Shown piece after piece: positions 1-9,287 of a DNA stretch of 64,000 nucleotides. A program made the position numbers and the translations under genes. The stretch comes from a virus. Lineage: Duplodnaviria; Caudoviricetes. The notes beneath the pieces were generated by a model. The model worked only from the letters and a program-made list of their open reading frames with translations, was not told the DNA's origin and searched no databases. The stretch spans positions 29,168 to 93,167 of IMG/VR virus record IMGVR_UViG_3300005614_000005, one strand, 5' to 3'. Positions within the stretch are counted from its first letter, which is position 1. The number at the start of each line of letters is the position of its first letter.

Positions 1-144
1 CAGGTCGGGTCCATCGAATACTACGACATGTCGCCGCCCAACGAAGACTGCGAGGGCGGGGACCGCTGTCGCTGCGTGTGGATCTACACCGTCAGCGACA
101 GCCTCGCCGCGTTCGGGCTGCCCGAAGAAGGCGAAGAACCCTAG
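1..144 (+). CDS. C-terminal fragment of a MuF/SPP1 gp7-like minor head protein (partial, runs off the window start)
   Basis: Frame 1 reads ...PPNEDCEGGDRCRCVWIY...EEP* (TAG at 142-144). A terminal C-x-C (CRC) motif is typical of MuF domains. Confidence 0.55.
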   Translation, partial: QVGSIEYYDMSPPNEDCEGGDRCRCVWIYTVSDSLAAFGLPEEGEEP

Positions 145-440
145 CCGAACAGGGCTTCCTTGACGGCCTCGACCGTCAAGTGCCGGGTGCGTGCGATCTC
201 ACGTACGGAGTGCCCCTCTTCCACGTGTTCGTTGTGGAGCTCTTCACGCACGAGCTCGGCGGTGTCGCGCATCCGTTGCCGTCGAAGCTGGCGCGCCTCG
301 CCCCGGCTCCGCGTTACATACCCGCTTTCGGTGAGAAGTTGACGGACGCGCTCGCCACTGATCCCGTGGTTAGCACCCACCGCGCGGAGCGACAACTTGC
401 CGCTCTCGTATTCCTCCCACATGTCCTCCACGCGGCTCAC
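141..440 (-). CDS. Small double-HTH DNA-binding protein
   Basis: Sigma-70 region 4-like HTH SLRAVGANHGISGERVRQLL, plus a second HTH SVREIARTRHLTVEAVKE. Confidence 0.65.
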   Translation of the reverse strand: MSRVEDMWEEYESGKLSLRAVGANHGISGERVRQLLTESGYVTRSRGEARQLRRQRMRDTAELVREELHNEHVEEGHSVREIARTRHLTVEAVKEALFG

Positions 441-1024
441 GCGCGCACCACGTTCAGGTAGCGGCCTCGGGCCAACTCCACGACGTGCTCGCCTACCGTC
501 ACGTGGCTACCCTCCACCGAGATGAGCTCGCCGAACACCCGCTCTGGCGGATCGGCAAGAAGTAGCTCCACCAGCACTCCGCTTTCGTTGTTTGCGGCGT
601 AGACCGCCGCTCGCCGCGTTCGACGTTGGCGGACGGACGTCTCGTAGTGGACGTGGTGGGTGTCGAACTGCTGTTGGAGCAGCTCCGCAAGTCCGGGTGA
701 AACAAGACGGTGCAACACTTCGAGTACGCACGCGGCGAACTCCGCGCCGTGTGACGGGAAGATCGGGTTGACGAGCAGGTGGGCAACGGCGTGGGCAACG
801 CCCAACGGTCGTGCGCCCCATGGCGGGACGAGCAGCTCGCCCTCGCGAAGCACGAGGCGGCGGTTCGCGGCGACCGCGGTGACGCGTAGCTCCGCCAGGT
901 CGTAGGTGCGACACGCCTCGTCCACCAGTGACGTGACGTGTTCGATGTCGAGAACAGTGTTGAGCGACGAGCTCCAGATCGCGTCCTCAGCCGCGATCAC
1001 TCGCTTTCGTTGGTAGTCGCTCAC
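437..1024 (-). CDS. Zincin/SprT-like (Rv0185-type) metallohydrolase homologue with a degenerate HEXXH
   Basis: VAHAVAHLL...HGAEF resembles HExAH...HGxEF, but the catalytic Glu is Ala. Confidence 0.5.
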   Translation of the reverse strand: MSDYQRKRVIAAEDAIWSSSLNTVLDIEHVTSLVDEACRTYDLAELRVTAVAANRRLVLREGELLVPPWGARPLGVAHAVAHLLVNPIFPSHGAEFAACVLEVLHRLVSPGLAELLQQQFDTHHVHYETSVRQRRTRRAAVYAANNESGVLVELLLADPPERVFGELISVEGSHVTVGEHVVELARGRYLNVVRA

Positions 1025-1030
1025 GCGGTC

Positions 1031-1060
1031 ATCGTATCACTAAGGGGGTGTTTTTGTCAA
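1031..1060 (-). promoter_or_regulatory. Sigma-A-type promoter giving a leaderless start to 437..1024
   Basis: TTGACA-N18-TACGAT, ending 6 nt before the GTG at 1024. Confidence 0.65.
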
Positions 1061-1062
1061 CC

Positions 1063-1088
1063 CGTCACCCGACCGAAGCCGGGTGACG
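1063..1088 (-). terminator. Hairpin, probable terminator after 1103..1309
   Basis: 9-bp inverted repeat CGTCACCCG/CGGGTGACG. Confidence 0.45.
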
Positions 1089-1102
1089 TTTGGGCCTCCG
1101 GC

Positions 1103-1309
1103 CTAGGCGAACCGGTAGTGCTTGCTCACCGACTCGGGGGCGGAGAGCGTGATGCGACCGCCGGGGTGACGGAGGCGAACGAGCTTCCGGCCCTGACGGG
1201 TCGTGAAGCCGAGGACCTCGGTGTGGCCGCGGAACCAGTCGCCTTCGTACGGGGTGAGCATGAGACCCTTCTTGATGCGGCTCATGCGTGTTGCTCGCTT
1301 CTTGGTCAC
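1103..1309 (-). CDS. Hypothetical small basic protein
   Basis: 68-aa ORF with an AGGAAAGGA purine-rich RBS upstream. Confidence 0.55.
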   Translation of the reverse strand: MTKKRATRMSRIKKGLMLTPYEGDWFRGHTEVLGFTTRQGRKLVRLRHPGGRITLSAPESVSKHYRFA

Positions 1310-1427
1310 TGTGATGCTTCCTTTCCTAGGTTGGGAATCACTACGGTCGCCTACTCTAACACGTCGTCAAGTGATCCGACGGCAGACGTCCGCGGCCGCG
1401 ACCTGCGATGGTATAAGCTTCCGCTTC

Positions 1428-1721
1428 GTGTACGTGGTTTACGCACTCGCCGAGCCGGGGATGAAGCCGTTCTACGTCGGGATCACGTCACGCTCCCTCA
1501 ATACCCGCTTGGGCGAGCACGTCCGAGACGCACGACGAGGAGGGCGACGTAAATGCCGCAACGCTCCCGCGCACATCCAGAAGATGAAGGTAAAGCCCCA
1601 CATCTTTGGTCTCGCTGAAACAGTTACACGCGACGACGCGCTTCACCTGGAGCAGCGGTGGATTCGACACGGCCTAGGAGTTGGCTGGCCGCTCGTGAAC
1701 TGCCGTCCGAGCCCTGGGTAG
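1428..1721 (+). CDS. GIY-YIG nuclease domain protein
   Basis: VVYAL...YVGIT...RLGEH...ALHLEQRWI...LVN. The likely start is GTG 1428, inside ORF 1203..1721. Confidence 0.75.
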   Translation: MYVVYALAEPGMKPFYVGITSRSLNTRLGEHVRDARRGGRRKCRNAPAHIQKMKVKPHIFGLAETVTRDDALHLEQRWIRHGLGVGWPLVNCRPSPG

Positions 1722-1766
1722 GATCAGTGGGCTAGCATCTCCAAACGAACCAAGGAGTTACTCCAG

Positions 1767-1970
1767 ATGCCAGTTTCATCGCTGCAGGCAGCGATTCTGT
1801 CGCTCGTTACGACGGTGACGTCCATCGTCGTGGGCTTCGGGATCATCAACAACACGACCGCGGGCATCGTCGTTTCGGTGGCGGGCACGGCGGTCGCGGC
1901 GGTCTTCCAGGTCGCCAACGAGCTGCACCGTAAAACGGAAGCGGCTCCCGCAGTACCGGCTCGCAGGTAG
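1767..1970 (+). CDS. Holin-like small membrane protein
   Basis: 67 aa, two hydrophobic helices and a charged C-tail; AAGGAG RBS. Confidence 0.55.
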   Translation: MPVSSLQAAILSLVTTVTSIVVGFGIINNTTAGIVVSVAGTAVAAVFQVANELHRKTEAAPAVPARR

Positions 1971-1999
1971 ATAAACGGCAGCCCGTCCTAGTGCCAACC

Positions 2000-2033
2000 C
2001 CGATACTGCGGCTGACGGGCGCCGCAGTATCGG
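2000..2033 (+). terminator. 13-bp hairpin between the holin-like gene and the primase
   Basis: CCGATACTGCGGC-N8-GCCGCAGTATCGG, followed by CCTGTGTTT. Confidence 0.55.
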
Positions 2034-2078
2034 CCTGTGTTTGATAGGGTAACTCTCGTGGCGAGGAACCTCCCTTAG

Positions 2079-4589
2079 ATGTCAGTACCGTTCCTCGACA
2101 AGGACCTCCTCCGCCAAGAACTTCCGATCGCGTTTGTCTGCGAACAGTTGGGCATCCAGCTCAACGAGCAGCACGAGGCGATCTGCATCTGGCACGATGA
2201 TCACACGCCGTCGTTTCGGATCTGGACGGACGACCGCGGGGTGGAGAAGTTCGGGTGCTTTCCCTGCGGAGTCCAGGGCGACGTGTACGACCTGCTCCGC
2301 CGCGCGGAGGGGCTCTCGTTCACCGACTCGCTACTCCGTGCGGAGCAGTTGCGCGAAGAGCTCCCCGAAGGGTACGCGTCGATGGTCACGCGCGCCGCGA
2401 AGGTGGAGTTCGAGCAGGAGGCGTGTGAACGGTTTGTCGCCGACGGACTGGCACGCGCGTCGAGCCCCGAATCGGAGGGCTGGATGTGCGTCGTCCTGGG
2501 CCTCGTTGACGAGCGACGTGACCTCGAGTACCGCCGCGCGGTGGACCGCTACGTCCGCGAACGGTGGCGGTGGGGCATCGACCACGCTGGCAACACGATC
2601 ATGCCGCACTACGACGCGCTCGGTCGCCTGACCGGCGCGAAGGTGCGGGCGTTCGACGGGCGACGGTGGAGCTTCCCCGGCAGCGCGTTTCCCGCGCTCT
2701 ACGGCGCGTGGGTGCAGCGGCACACCCGGTTCGTCCTCCTGACCGAGGGCGAGTCAGACGCTGCGTTCGCCACGATCCAGAACCCGCCCGTGGACGTACT
2801 GGGGCTGCCGGCGGGGGCCGGAAAGTTCCGCGACGAGTGGGCACAACTGGAGGCCGACATCTACTTCCTCGCGTTCGACGCCGACGACGCGGGCGTGTCG
2901 GCGACGCGTACTTGGCTGGAGGCGCTCAACGGCCGCGACGTCCGCGTCTGCCGGCTTCCCCGCACCCACGACCTACGTTCGGCGCGGCCCGCCATCTTGG
3001 ACCTGCTCCAGCACGCGCAGCGACCCTCGCTTACGAACGGCCAGGTGCTCGTGGCGAACGGGCGCTTTGAACGCATCACGACCCAGCAGCCGAAGCCGCT
3101 CTGCAGTTGGTATCTCGAGCCGGTAGCTCGACTCGAAGCGATGGACGAGTCGGTGATGCCGGCGCTCGAGGTCAATGTTGTCCGTAATGAACAACCGACG
3201 TCCGACGTGATTACCCTCGCCGACCTCCACTCGGCGAGCAAGCTTCGGACGTGGGCCGCCACCCGCGCACTTGACTGCACCGCGTCTGATCCCGACGTGC
3301 AGCAGATGGCGTCGTACCTCCTCGCCCGGTCGTCGGTGCTGCCGGAGGTGTTCCAGACATCGCGTGTTGGAGTGCACGACGCGCCCGAGCGGTACAAGTA
3401 CGCGGGCCGCACCGTCGTGACCCCCACGAACAGCATCGGCCGGCTCCCGTGGAAGTACGTCGGGTCAGGCGAGGCGGTCGGCCACGTTCATCTCGAAGAT
3501 GACGGACCCTACGACTGGGGGTGGATCAGCGCGTTCCTCGCGCTCACCGACCGCTCCATCACCTCGCCGCTACTGGCCTGGCTCGTCGCCGCGACACGAC
3601 GTAACGAGGTCGAGCAGTTTCCCCTCCTCTTCCTCGGCGGTAGCTCGGGATCAGGCAAGACGACCACCGCGCGCCTCGCCACGCAGCTCTTCGGGTCGAC
3701 ACTCTCCGCGAGCCTCGCCTCCATCACGCAGTTCGCACTCATCCGAATGCTCGCACTCACCACGACCGTGCCCGTGTTCGTGGACGAGTGGAGCCTTCAG
3801 TCTCGTGAGGACGCACGCGGAGCGATCCAGTCGGTCGTCACCAGCATCTACGAGGGTGGCGTCACCACGCGCGGTCGCGCCGACCTGTCGGTCGTGGAGT
3901 TCAAGCTCTCGTCGCCAATCCTCATCGCCGGCGAGGATTCCTTCCACCTCGACCGCGAGGCCGAGCGCATGGTCGCGCTCCGAATGCGTCACAACTCGCA
4001 GAACTACGACGCGCTCAAGGCGCTCGTCGGCCAGCCGTTGCAACGCTTCGCGCGCTGGTATTACGACTGGCTCGTCACCGCCGACAACCTCCCGCCGATG
4101 CCGTCCACCGCGCTGACGCGGCCCGAGTATAACCGCGCGGTGCTGGATGCCGGGTGGATGACGTTGCAGCAGTTCGCCCGGTACGTCTCAGACCGCGACG
4201 CGCAGGTCATTCCCGACCTCGGTGAGCTCGACCTGACGCAGCTCGAGCAGGCCGACGACGACCGCGAGAACGAGTACGAGGCGTTCGTAATGGAGGGGCT
4301 AGCACTACGCGACGCAGAAGGACTCCCGCTCGTTTGGCCCGACGTACAGGGGCGCGGCACGTTCATCCGCTTCCGCCCGTTGACGTCGTGGGTGAACATG
4401 AACCGCGTGGACGTGGAGTTGGCTGGTCGCTCGCGGGCCATGCGCTCCTACTTCGCGGACCGGTACGTACTGACCGACGAACGCGTGAAAGCTCCGTTCA
4501 GTGACCGGCCCATCCGTGCCACGTTGGTTGCCGGCTTGCACGTAGCTCCGGAGCTAGAGTCGACCGAGATGGAGACCCCAGTCGAATGA
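2079..4589 (+). CDS. DNA primase-helicase (CHC2 zinc finger, TOPRIM, P-loop ATPase)
   Basis: CIWHDDHTPSF...CFPC; TEGESD...FDADDAG; Walker A GGSSGSGKT; Walker B FVDE. Confidence 0.9.
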   Translation: MSVPFLDKDLLRQELPIAFVCEQLGIQLNEQHEAICIWHDDHTPSFRIWTDDRGVEKFGCFPCGVQGDVYDLLRRAEGLSFTDSLLRAEQLREELPEGYASMVTRAAKVEFEQEACERFVADGLARASSPESEGWMCVVLGLVDERRDLEYRRAVDRYVRERWRWGIDHAGNTIMPHYDALGRLTGAKVRAFDGRRWSFPGSAFPALYGAWVQRHTRFVLLTEGESDAAFATIQNPPVDVLGLPAGAGKFRDEWAQLEADIYFLAFDADDAGVSATRTWLEALNGRDVRVCRLPRTHDLRSARPAILDLLQHAQRPSLTNGQVLVANGRFERITTQQPKPLCSWYLEPVARLEAMDESVMPALEVNVVRNEQPTSDVITLADLHSASKLRTWAATRALDCTASDPDVQQMASYLLARSSVLPEVFQTSRVGVHDAPERYKYAGRTVVTPTNSIGRLPWKYVGSGEAVGHVHLEDDGPYDWGWISAFLALTDRSITSPLLAWLVAATRRNEVEQFPLLFLGGSSGSGKTTTARLATQLFGSTLSASLASITQFALIRMLALTTTVPVFVDEWSLQSREDARGAIQSVVTSIYEGGVTTRGRADLSVVEFKLSSPILIAGEDSFHLDREAERMVALRMRHNSQNYDALKALVGQPLQRFARWYYDWLVTADNLPPMPSTALTRPEYNRAVLDAGWMTLQQFARYVSDRDAQVIPDLGELDLTQLEQADDDRENEYEAFVMEGLALRDAEGLPLVWPDVQGRGTFIRFRPLTSWVNMNRVDVELAGRSRAMRSYFADRYVLTDERVKAPFSDRPIRATLVAGLHVAPELESTEMETPVE

Positions 4590-5458
4590 GCGAAGATCAC
4601 TCCTCGGGACTCTCCCGTTTCTTCACCCAGGCCTCCAAGCTACCGCTCCTCACCGCCACCCAAGAGGTCGAGCTAGCGGAACGTCGTGACAAGGGCGACA
4701 AGCGCGCCGAACAGAAGCTCGTGGAACACAACATCCGCCTCGCGATCTCCATCGCGAAGCACTGGCGGAACCGCGGGCTCCCGCTCGAGGACCTCGTGCA
4801 AGAGGGGATGCTTGGACTCCACCGCGCCGCCACCAAGTTTGACCCGAGCAAGGGCAACCGCTTCTCCACCTACGCGAGTTGGTGGGTCACCCACTTCGTC
4901 CAACGCGCCGTGCAGAACACAGGGCAGACGATCCGCACACCCGGTCACGTCACTGCGCGGCGCCTGACTCTCGAAAACCACCTGATGGAGTTTCCCGACA
5001 CGTCGCACGAGGAGCTCGCGGTGATCGCGAAGTGCACGGTCGATGAGGTGCAGGAGGCGCTCGACGCGGGACGCATCTCAGCGTCGCTCGACTCACTACT
5101 GGACGACTCGCTCTCCGCGCACGAGATCCTCGCCGACCCAAACGCGGTGCGACCCGACGAGATCGTGGTTCAGGACCGTCGGGTGCGTGACGCGCTCGGT
5201 AAGCTCGGTGAGTTGGAACGGCGCGTCCTTGAACTTCGCTTTGGCTTCGACGGCCCGGTTCGCAAGCGCGCGGACGTGGCGGAGATTCTCGAGGTCAGCC
5301 AGCGCTCCGTTCAGCACGCGCAGAAGGTCGCACTCCTACGGCTGCGCGAGCTTCTCCACGACGAGCGAATGACCCCGATCACCAGCGCCGCGCTGCGCGC
5401 AGCCGCGCTGGACAAGACCGAGCCAATTTGCTCCCGACCGGAACCCGCACCATGCTGA
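4586..5458 (+). CDS. Sigma-70 family RNA polymerase sigma factor (regions 1.2-4)
   Basis: LPLLTATQEVELA; NIRLAISIAK; DLVQEGMLGLHRAATKFDPSKGNRFSTYASWW; region 4 ERRVLELRFGF plus HTH. Confidence 0.95.
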   Translation: MSEDHSSGLSRFFTQASKLPLLTATQEVELAERRDKGDKRAEQKLVEHNIRLAISIAKHWRNRGLPLEDLVQEGMLGLHRAATKFDPSKGNRFSTYASWWVTHFVQRAVQNTGQTIRTPGHVTARRLTLENHLMEFPDTSHEELAVIAKCTVDEVQEALDAGRISASLDSLLDDSLSAHEILADPNAVRPDEIVVQDRRVRDALGKLGELERRVLELRFGFDGPVRKRADVAEILEVSQRSVQHAQKVALLRLRELLHDERMTPITSAALRAAALDKTEPICSRPEPAPC

Positions 5459-6381
5459 TCATCATCGAGGGACTTGACCGTACCGGAAAGTCAACGCTCG
5501 CGGGCTTCATCGCGATGAAAAACAAGCCAACGGCGTTGCTCCACTTCAGCAAGCCCGAGAAGCACCCACTCTTCGAGTACGTCGAGCCGCTCCTCGCGTA
5601 CGACCCGTGCGCACCCGGGAACGTGGTCCTCGACCGCGGCCACCTGGGTGAGAGCGTTTGGCCGAGCGTGTTCGGGCGGGGGTCAGAGCTTGACGAGCCG
5701 ACGCGGCGTTGGATCGAGCTCTTCCTGCTGTCGCGCGGCGCCGTACTCGTCCACGCGAAACGCGACCTGCAGGAGCTGATCGACGCTTGCGCGGCTGACG
5801 ACGAGCCAATCCAGGGCGAGCAGATCGTGGACGCAAACGCACACTTCCGCGTGGCGCTCTCCGAATCGGTCCTGCCCCAGTTTCCCTTCTGCCACTCATC
5901 ACCCGACCGTGAACTGCAGATCCTCGACATCCTGGCCCAGGGGATGCTCGACCAGATGCGCGCCGCGCTGATCACGCAGGTCACCTACGAGTGGATCGGC
6001 AACCCCCGCCCACACACCCTCCTCGTGGGGGACCAGGGTAACCTCGGTCCCGGCCGCCGTGCTGACTGGCCGCTCCCGTTCGTGCCGTTCGGCGGCACGT
6101 CGGGCCACTTCCTCTTCGATGAGTTGGGGATCGGCGACCGGTGGAGGCACGTCGCGGTCGTGAACTCGCGGCGGCCAGACGGCGCCGTCGAGGACCTGCC
6201 TCGGCTTCACGCGTTGATGGGCTACCCTCGGGTCGTGACCCTCGGCGAGAAGGCGCACCACGTCGCGTCAGACCTCGGTGTCGAGCACGCGCAGGTGCCC
6301 CACCCGCAGTACGTGCGCCGCTTTGAGCGCCGGCGCGGTCGTGGCTACTACGCGGGGCTCATCTTGGAGGCAACATCGTGA
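5452..6381 (+). CDS. Deoxynucleotide monophosphate (thymidylate-type) kinase fused to a UDG-like domain
   Basis: N-terminal MLIIIEGLDRTGKST and VVLDR. C-terminal LLVGDQGN...PFVPFGGTSGHFL...VVTLGEKA...HPQY follow the UDG-superfamily motif order. Confidence 0.75.
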   Translation: MLIIIEGLDRTGKSTLAGFIAMKNKPTALLHFSKPEKHPLFEYVEPLLAYDPCAPGNVVLDRGHLGESVWPSVFGRGSELDEPTRRWIELFLLSRGAVLVHAKRDLQELIDACAADDEPIQGEQIVDANAHFRVALSESVLPQFPFCHSSPDRELQILDILAQGMLDQMRAALITQVTYEWIGNPRPHTLLVGDQGNLGPGRRADWPLPFVPFGGTSGHFLFDELGIGDRWRHVAVVNSRRPDGAVEDLPRLHALMGYPRVVTLGEKAHHVASDLGVEHAQVPHPQYVRRFERRRGRGYYAGLILEATS

Positions 6382-7220
6382 ACATCGAAATCGCAGACCT
6401 GCGGGGCGGCTACATCACCCTCGTGGAAGCAATCCAGCAGCACGGCAAGCCCGTCGCGCCGCGCGGGATGCCGACGCTCGAGCTCCTGAACGCGACGGTC
6501 ACACTGCACGACCCGAGTGACGCGATGCCCGTCGGGATTGGGAGGAAACCGAACCTCGCGATCGGCGCGGCCGAGGCGCTTCAGCTCATCGGCGGGTTCA
6601 GCGACCCCGAGATGATGGCGTCGATCACCAAGAACTTCGAACGCTTCTTCGACGGCGGCGTGCTCTCCGGCGCCTACGGTCCACGTATCCGGACCCAGCT
6701 CGAGCACGTGGTCGAGCGCCTCAAGCAGGACCCCGACACCCGCCAGGCCATCGCGGTCATCTGGGATCCACTCCACGACGGGATCGGGTCGGTGCCTCGT
6801 GACCTGCCCTGCACCCTCGTGCTGCACTTCGTGATCCGCGACGGGAAGCTCTCGCTCTGCACCACGATGCGCAGTAACGACGTGTGGTGGGGTGTCGGAT
6901 ACGACTTCTTCCAGTTCACCCAGCTCCAACTCTCGGTGGCACGGATCTTGAAAGTCAAGGCTGGCCCCTACTACCACCACGCCACCTCGCTGCACATGTA
7001 CGAGCGCGACTTCCCCGCTGCCGAGGAGCTTCACCAGCCCGAGTCACGCTCGGCGCCCGATCCGCGTCCACGCGGCCTGAAAGCGTCGTCCGTCGCGGAA
7101 CTGCAAGAGAACGCGCGCCGGATCTGGAACCTGGAGTCGGTAATCGGCGAGGGCTTCTTGGAGCACTGGTACCGCGAGCAGCTCCGGCCCCACGTGCGTG
7201 TGAGTCGTGTGCAAGCCTAA
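6378..7220 (+). CDS. Thymidylate synthase-family enzyme, probable dCMP hydroxymethylase/methylase
   Basis: AYGPRI, DPDTRQA, catalytic PC. MRSNDVWWGVGYD has Asp at the E. coli ThyA Asn177 position, as in T4 gp42. Also SLHMYE. Confidence 0.85.
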   Translation: MNIEIADLRGGYITLVEAIQQHGKPVAPRGMPTLELLNATVTLHDPSDAMPVGIGRKPNLAIGAAEALQLIGGFSDPEMMASITKNFERFFDGGVLSGAYGPRIRTQLEHVVERLKQDPDTRQAIAVIWDPLHDGIGSVPRDLPCTLVLHFVIRDGKLSLCTTMRSNDVWWGVGYDFFQFTQLQLSVARILKVKAGPYYHHATSLHMYERDFPAAEELHQPESRSAPDPRPRGLKASSVAELQENARRIWNLESVIGEGFLEHWYREQLRPHVRVSRVQA

Positions 7221-7539
7221 CGTTCACGGCGAGTGGAAGATGCGCACCGAGGCGGGTCGCGAGACATGTAGGTGTTGCACGTACTGCGGCGGCATCCACC
7301 CTGAGGACCTCGTCACCTTGCTCAACGAAGGCGTGCGTCTCCAGAACACGGATTGGAAGTACGGTTGGCCGCACAAGTTCTACGTGATCGGTCCCGACGG
7401 TAGCTGGCTCGGCAAGTTCTACACGACGCACATGCAGGAGTCCTGCGTGACCGACGAGATCCGCGAGCGCGTGCAGCGCGCCACCGGTATCCTCTACCGC
7501 GTCCACGACGGGCACCTGCACTACTGCTGCGTAGGGTAA
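7207..7539 (+). CDS. Hypothetical Cys/His-containing protein
   Basis: Translationally coupled ORF containing CTYCGGIHP and WKYGWPHKFY. Confidence 0.6.
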   Translation: MCKPNVHGEWKMRTEAGRETCRCCTYCGGIHPEDLVTLLNEGVRLQNTDWKYGWPHKFYVIGPDGSWLGKFYTTHMQESCVTDEIRERVQRATGILYRVHDGHLHYCCVG

Positions 7540-9287
7540 TGGGCGACCTCGCGGACGTCCAGCTTACGTTCGTCGAGACGCTGGACGACCTCGACAACTT
7601 CCGCGCGTGGCTCGGCCAACGGCGCGAGTGGCTCGGCGCCGACATCGAGACGACCGGCCTGAACTGCGGACGTGACAAGGTCCGCCTCATGCAGTTCGGT
7701 GACCTCGACCAGGGGTGGGCGATTCCGTGGGAGGACTACCGCGGCGCGATCAAGGACCTCCTGCCCCGGTATAAGGGCCGGATCGTTTTCCACAACGCCA
7801 TCTTCGACACGAAGTTCCTCAAGCGGGAGGGCGTTCACATCCCGCAGGAGTGGTGCCACGACACGATGGTCATGTGTCACCTCCTCGACCCGCGCACCAG
7901 CATCGGCCTCAAGAGCGCGGCCGCGCGGTACGTGGACCGACGCGCGTGGATCGGTAAGGACGCGCTGAGCGAAGCCTTCCGCCACGGGAAATGGGACTGG
8001 GCGACAGTCCCCGTTGACCATCCCTCCTACTGGCTCTACTCCGCGCTCGACACCGTCCTGACCGCGCACCTCGCCGCGGCCATCTGGCCCAAGGTCGAGC
8101 CCTTCCGCAAGGTGTACGAGGTCGAGATGGCGTGCATCCACGTACTTCGCGACGCGGGGCTGACCGGCGTTCGGATCGACATGCCGTACGTCGAAGAGAA
8201 GCGTGTCGAGCTTTTGCTCGAGCTGGAGCAGCTCTCGGCGCAGATCCCGTGCGAACCGTCCAAGGACGCGCAGGTCGTGAAGATGTTGCAGGAACGCGGC
8301 GCCGTACTCACCCACAAGACCAAGTCGGGCGCCATCTCCGTGGACGACGAAGCACTCGCCGAGGTGGAGCCGTCCTTCCCCGACATCGTCAAGCCGCTCC
8401 GCGAGTGGCGGACCAAGTCACGACTCGTGTCGTCGTACCTCGACAACATGCTCTCGATGAACGTGGACGGAATCCTGCACCCGTCGGTCAAGCCGCTCGG
8501 CGCGCGAACTGCGCGCATGTCAGTGACCGAGCCCGCACTCCAGACGCTGCCCCGTGGTCGCACGATCCGCGACGCATTCATCTCGCGTGAGGGCCAGACG
8601 CTGATCCTCGCGGATTACGAGCAGGCCGAGCTTCGGGTGCTGGCGAGCTTCGCGCACGAGACGTCGATGATCGAGGCGTTCATGCGCGGCGAGGACCTGC
8701 ACCGGTGGGTCGCCTCGCAGGCGTACCAGAAGACGACCGAGGAAGTCACCAAGCCCGAGCGGCAGGTGTCGAAGAACACGCAGTTCGCGCGGGTCTACGG
8801 CGCCGGCAACGCGAAGATCGCGCTCACCGCTGGCGTGCCGGTTGCCGTTATCGACCAGTTTGTCATGCGGTACAACCAGCTCTTCCCGGGCATCCCGGAA
8901 TTCACAAACGCAACGATCCGCGAAGTGCTCAGCACGCAGTTCAACGGCGAGAGTAAGTGCGGGTACGTCGAGACGATCCTCGGCCGCCGGCTCCCCGTCG
9001 AGCACAACAAGTCATACGTCGGGGTCAACTACAAGGTCCAGTGTTCGGCGACCGCCGACCTGCTCAAGTTGAAGCTCGTGGAGCTCGACGCGGCGGGGCT
9101 CGGCGAGTTCATCCGCCTTCCAGTCCACGACGAGATCATGTTTGAGGTCCCAGACGACCAGCTCGATGAAGTCGAGGAGGTCGTGCGCCGCGTGATGCCT
9201 GAGACCAAGCTCTTCGAGTGCCCGATCACGGTGGATGTAGAGCGCACGAAGTGCTGGGGCCACAAGTACGGCTGGGCTGAGAATTGA
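7539..9287 (+). CDS. polA: Family A DNA polymerase with 3'-5' exonuclease (no 5'-3' exonuclease)
   Basis: ExoI DIETTGL, ExoII FHNAIFD, ExoIII YSALD; motif A DYEQAELR, motif B RQVSKNTQFARVYG, motif C VHDEI. Confidence 0.97.
   Translation: MGDLADVQLTFVETLDDLDNFRAWLGQRREWLGADIETTGLNCGRDKVRLMQFGDLDQGWAIPWEDYRGAIKDLLPRYKGRIVFHNAIFDTKFLKREGVHIPQEWCHDTMVMCHLLDPRTSIGLKSAAARYVDRRAWIGKDALSEAFRHGKWDWATVPVDHPSYWLYSALDTVLTAHLAAAIWPKVEPFRKVYEVEMACIHVLRDAGLTGVRIDMPYVEEKRVELLLELEQLSAQIPCEPSKDAQVVKMLQERGAVLTHKTKSGAISVDDEALAEVEPSFPDIVKPLREWRTKSRLVSSYLDNMLSMNVDGILHPSVKPLGARTARMSVTEPALQTLPRGRTIRDAFISREGQTLILADYEQAELRVLASFAHETSMIEAFMRGEDLHRWVASQAYQKTTEEVTKPERQVSKNTQFARVYGAGNAKIALTAGVPVAVIDQFVMRYNQLFPGIPEFTNATIREVLSTQFNGESKCGYVETILGRRLPVEHNKSYVGVNYKVQCSATADLLKLKLVELDAAGLGEFIRLPVHDEIMFEVPDDQLDEVEEVVRRVMPETKLFECPITVDVERTKCWGHKYGWAEN

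Noticed and set aside
1971-2045. Hammerhead, twister or pistol ribozyme
   Set aside because: The conserved cores (for example CUGANGA with GAAA) could not be matched, so it is kept only as a possible loop-loop structure.
8755-8805. Unusual PolA position-762 variant
   Set aside because: Motif B has the ordinary Phe (R-x3-K-x3-F-x3-YG).
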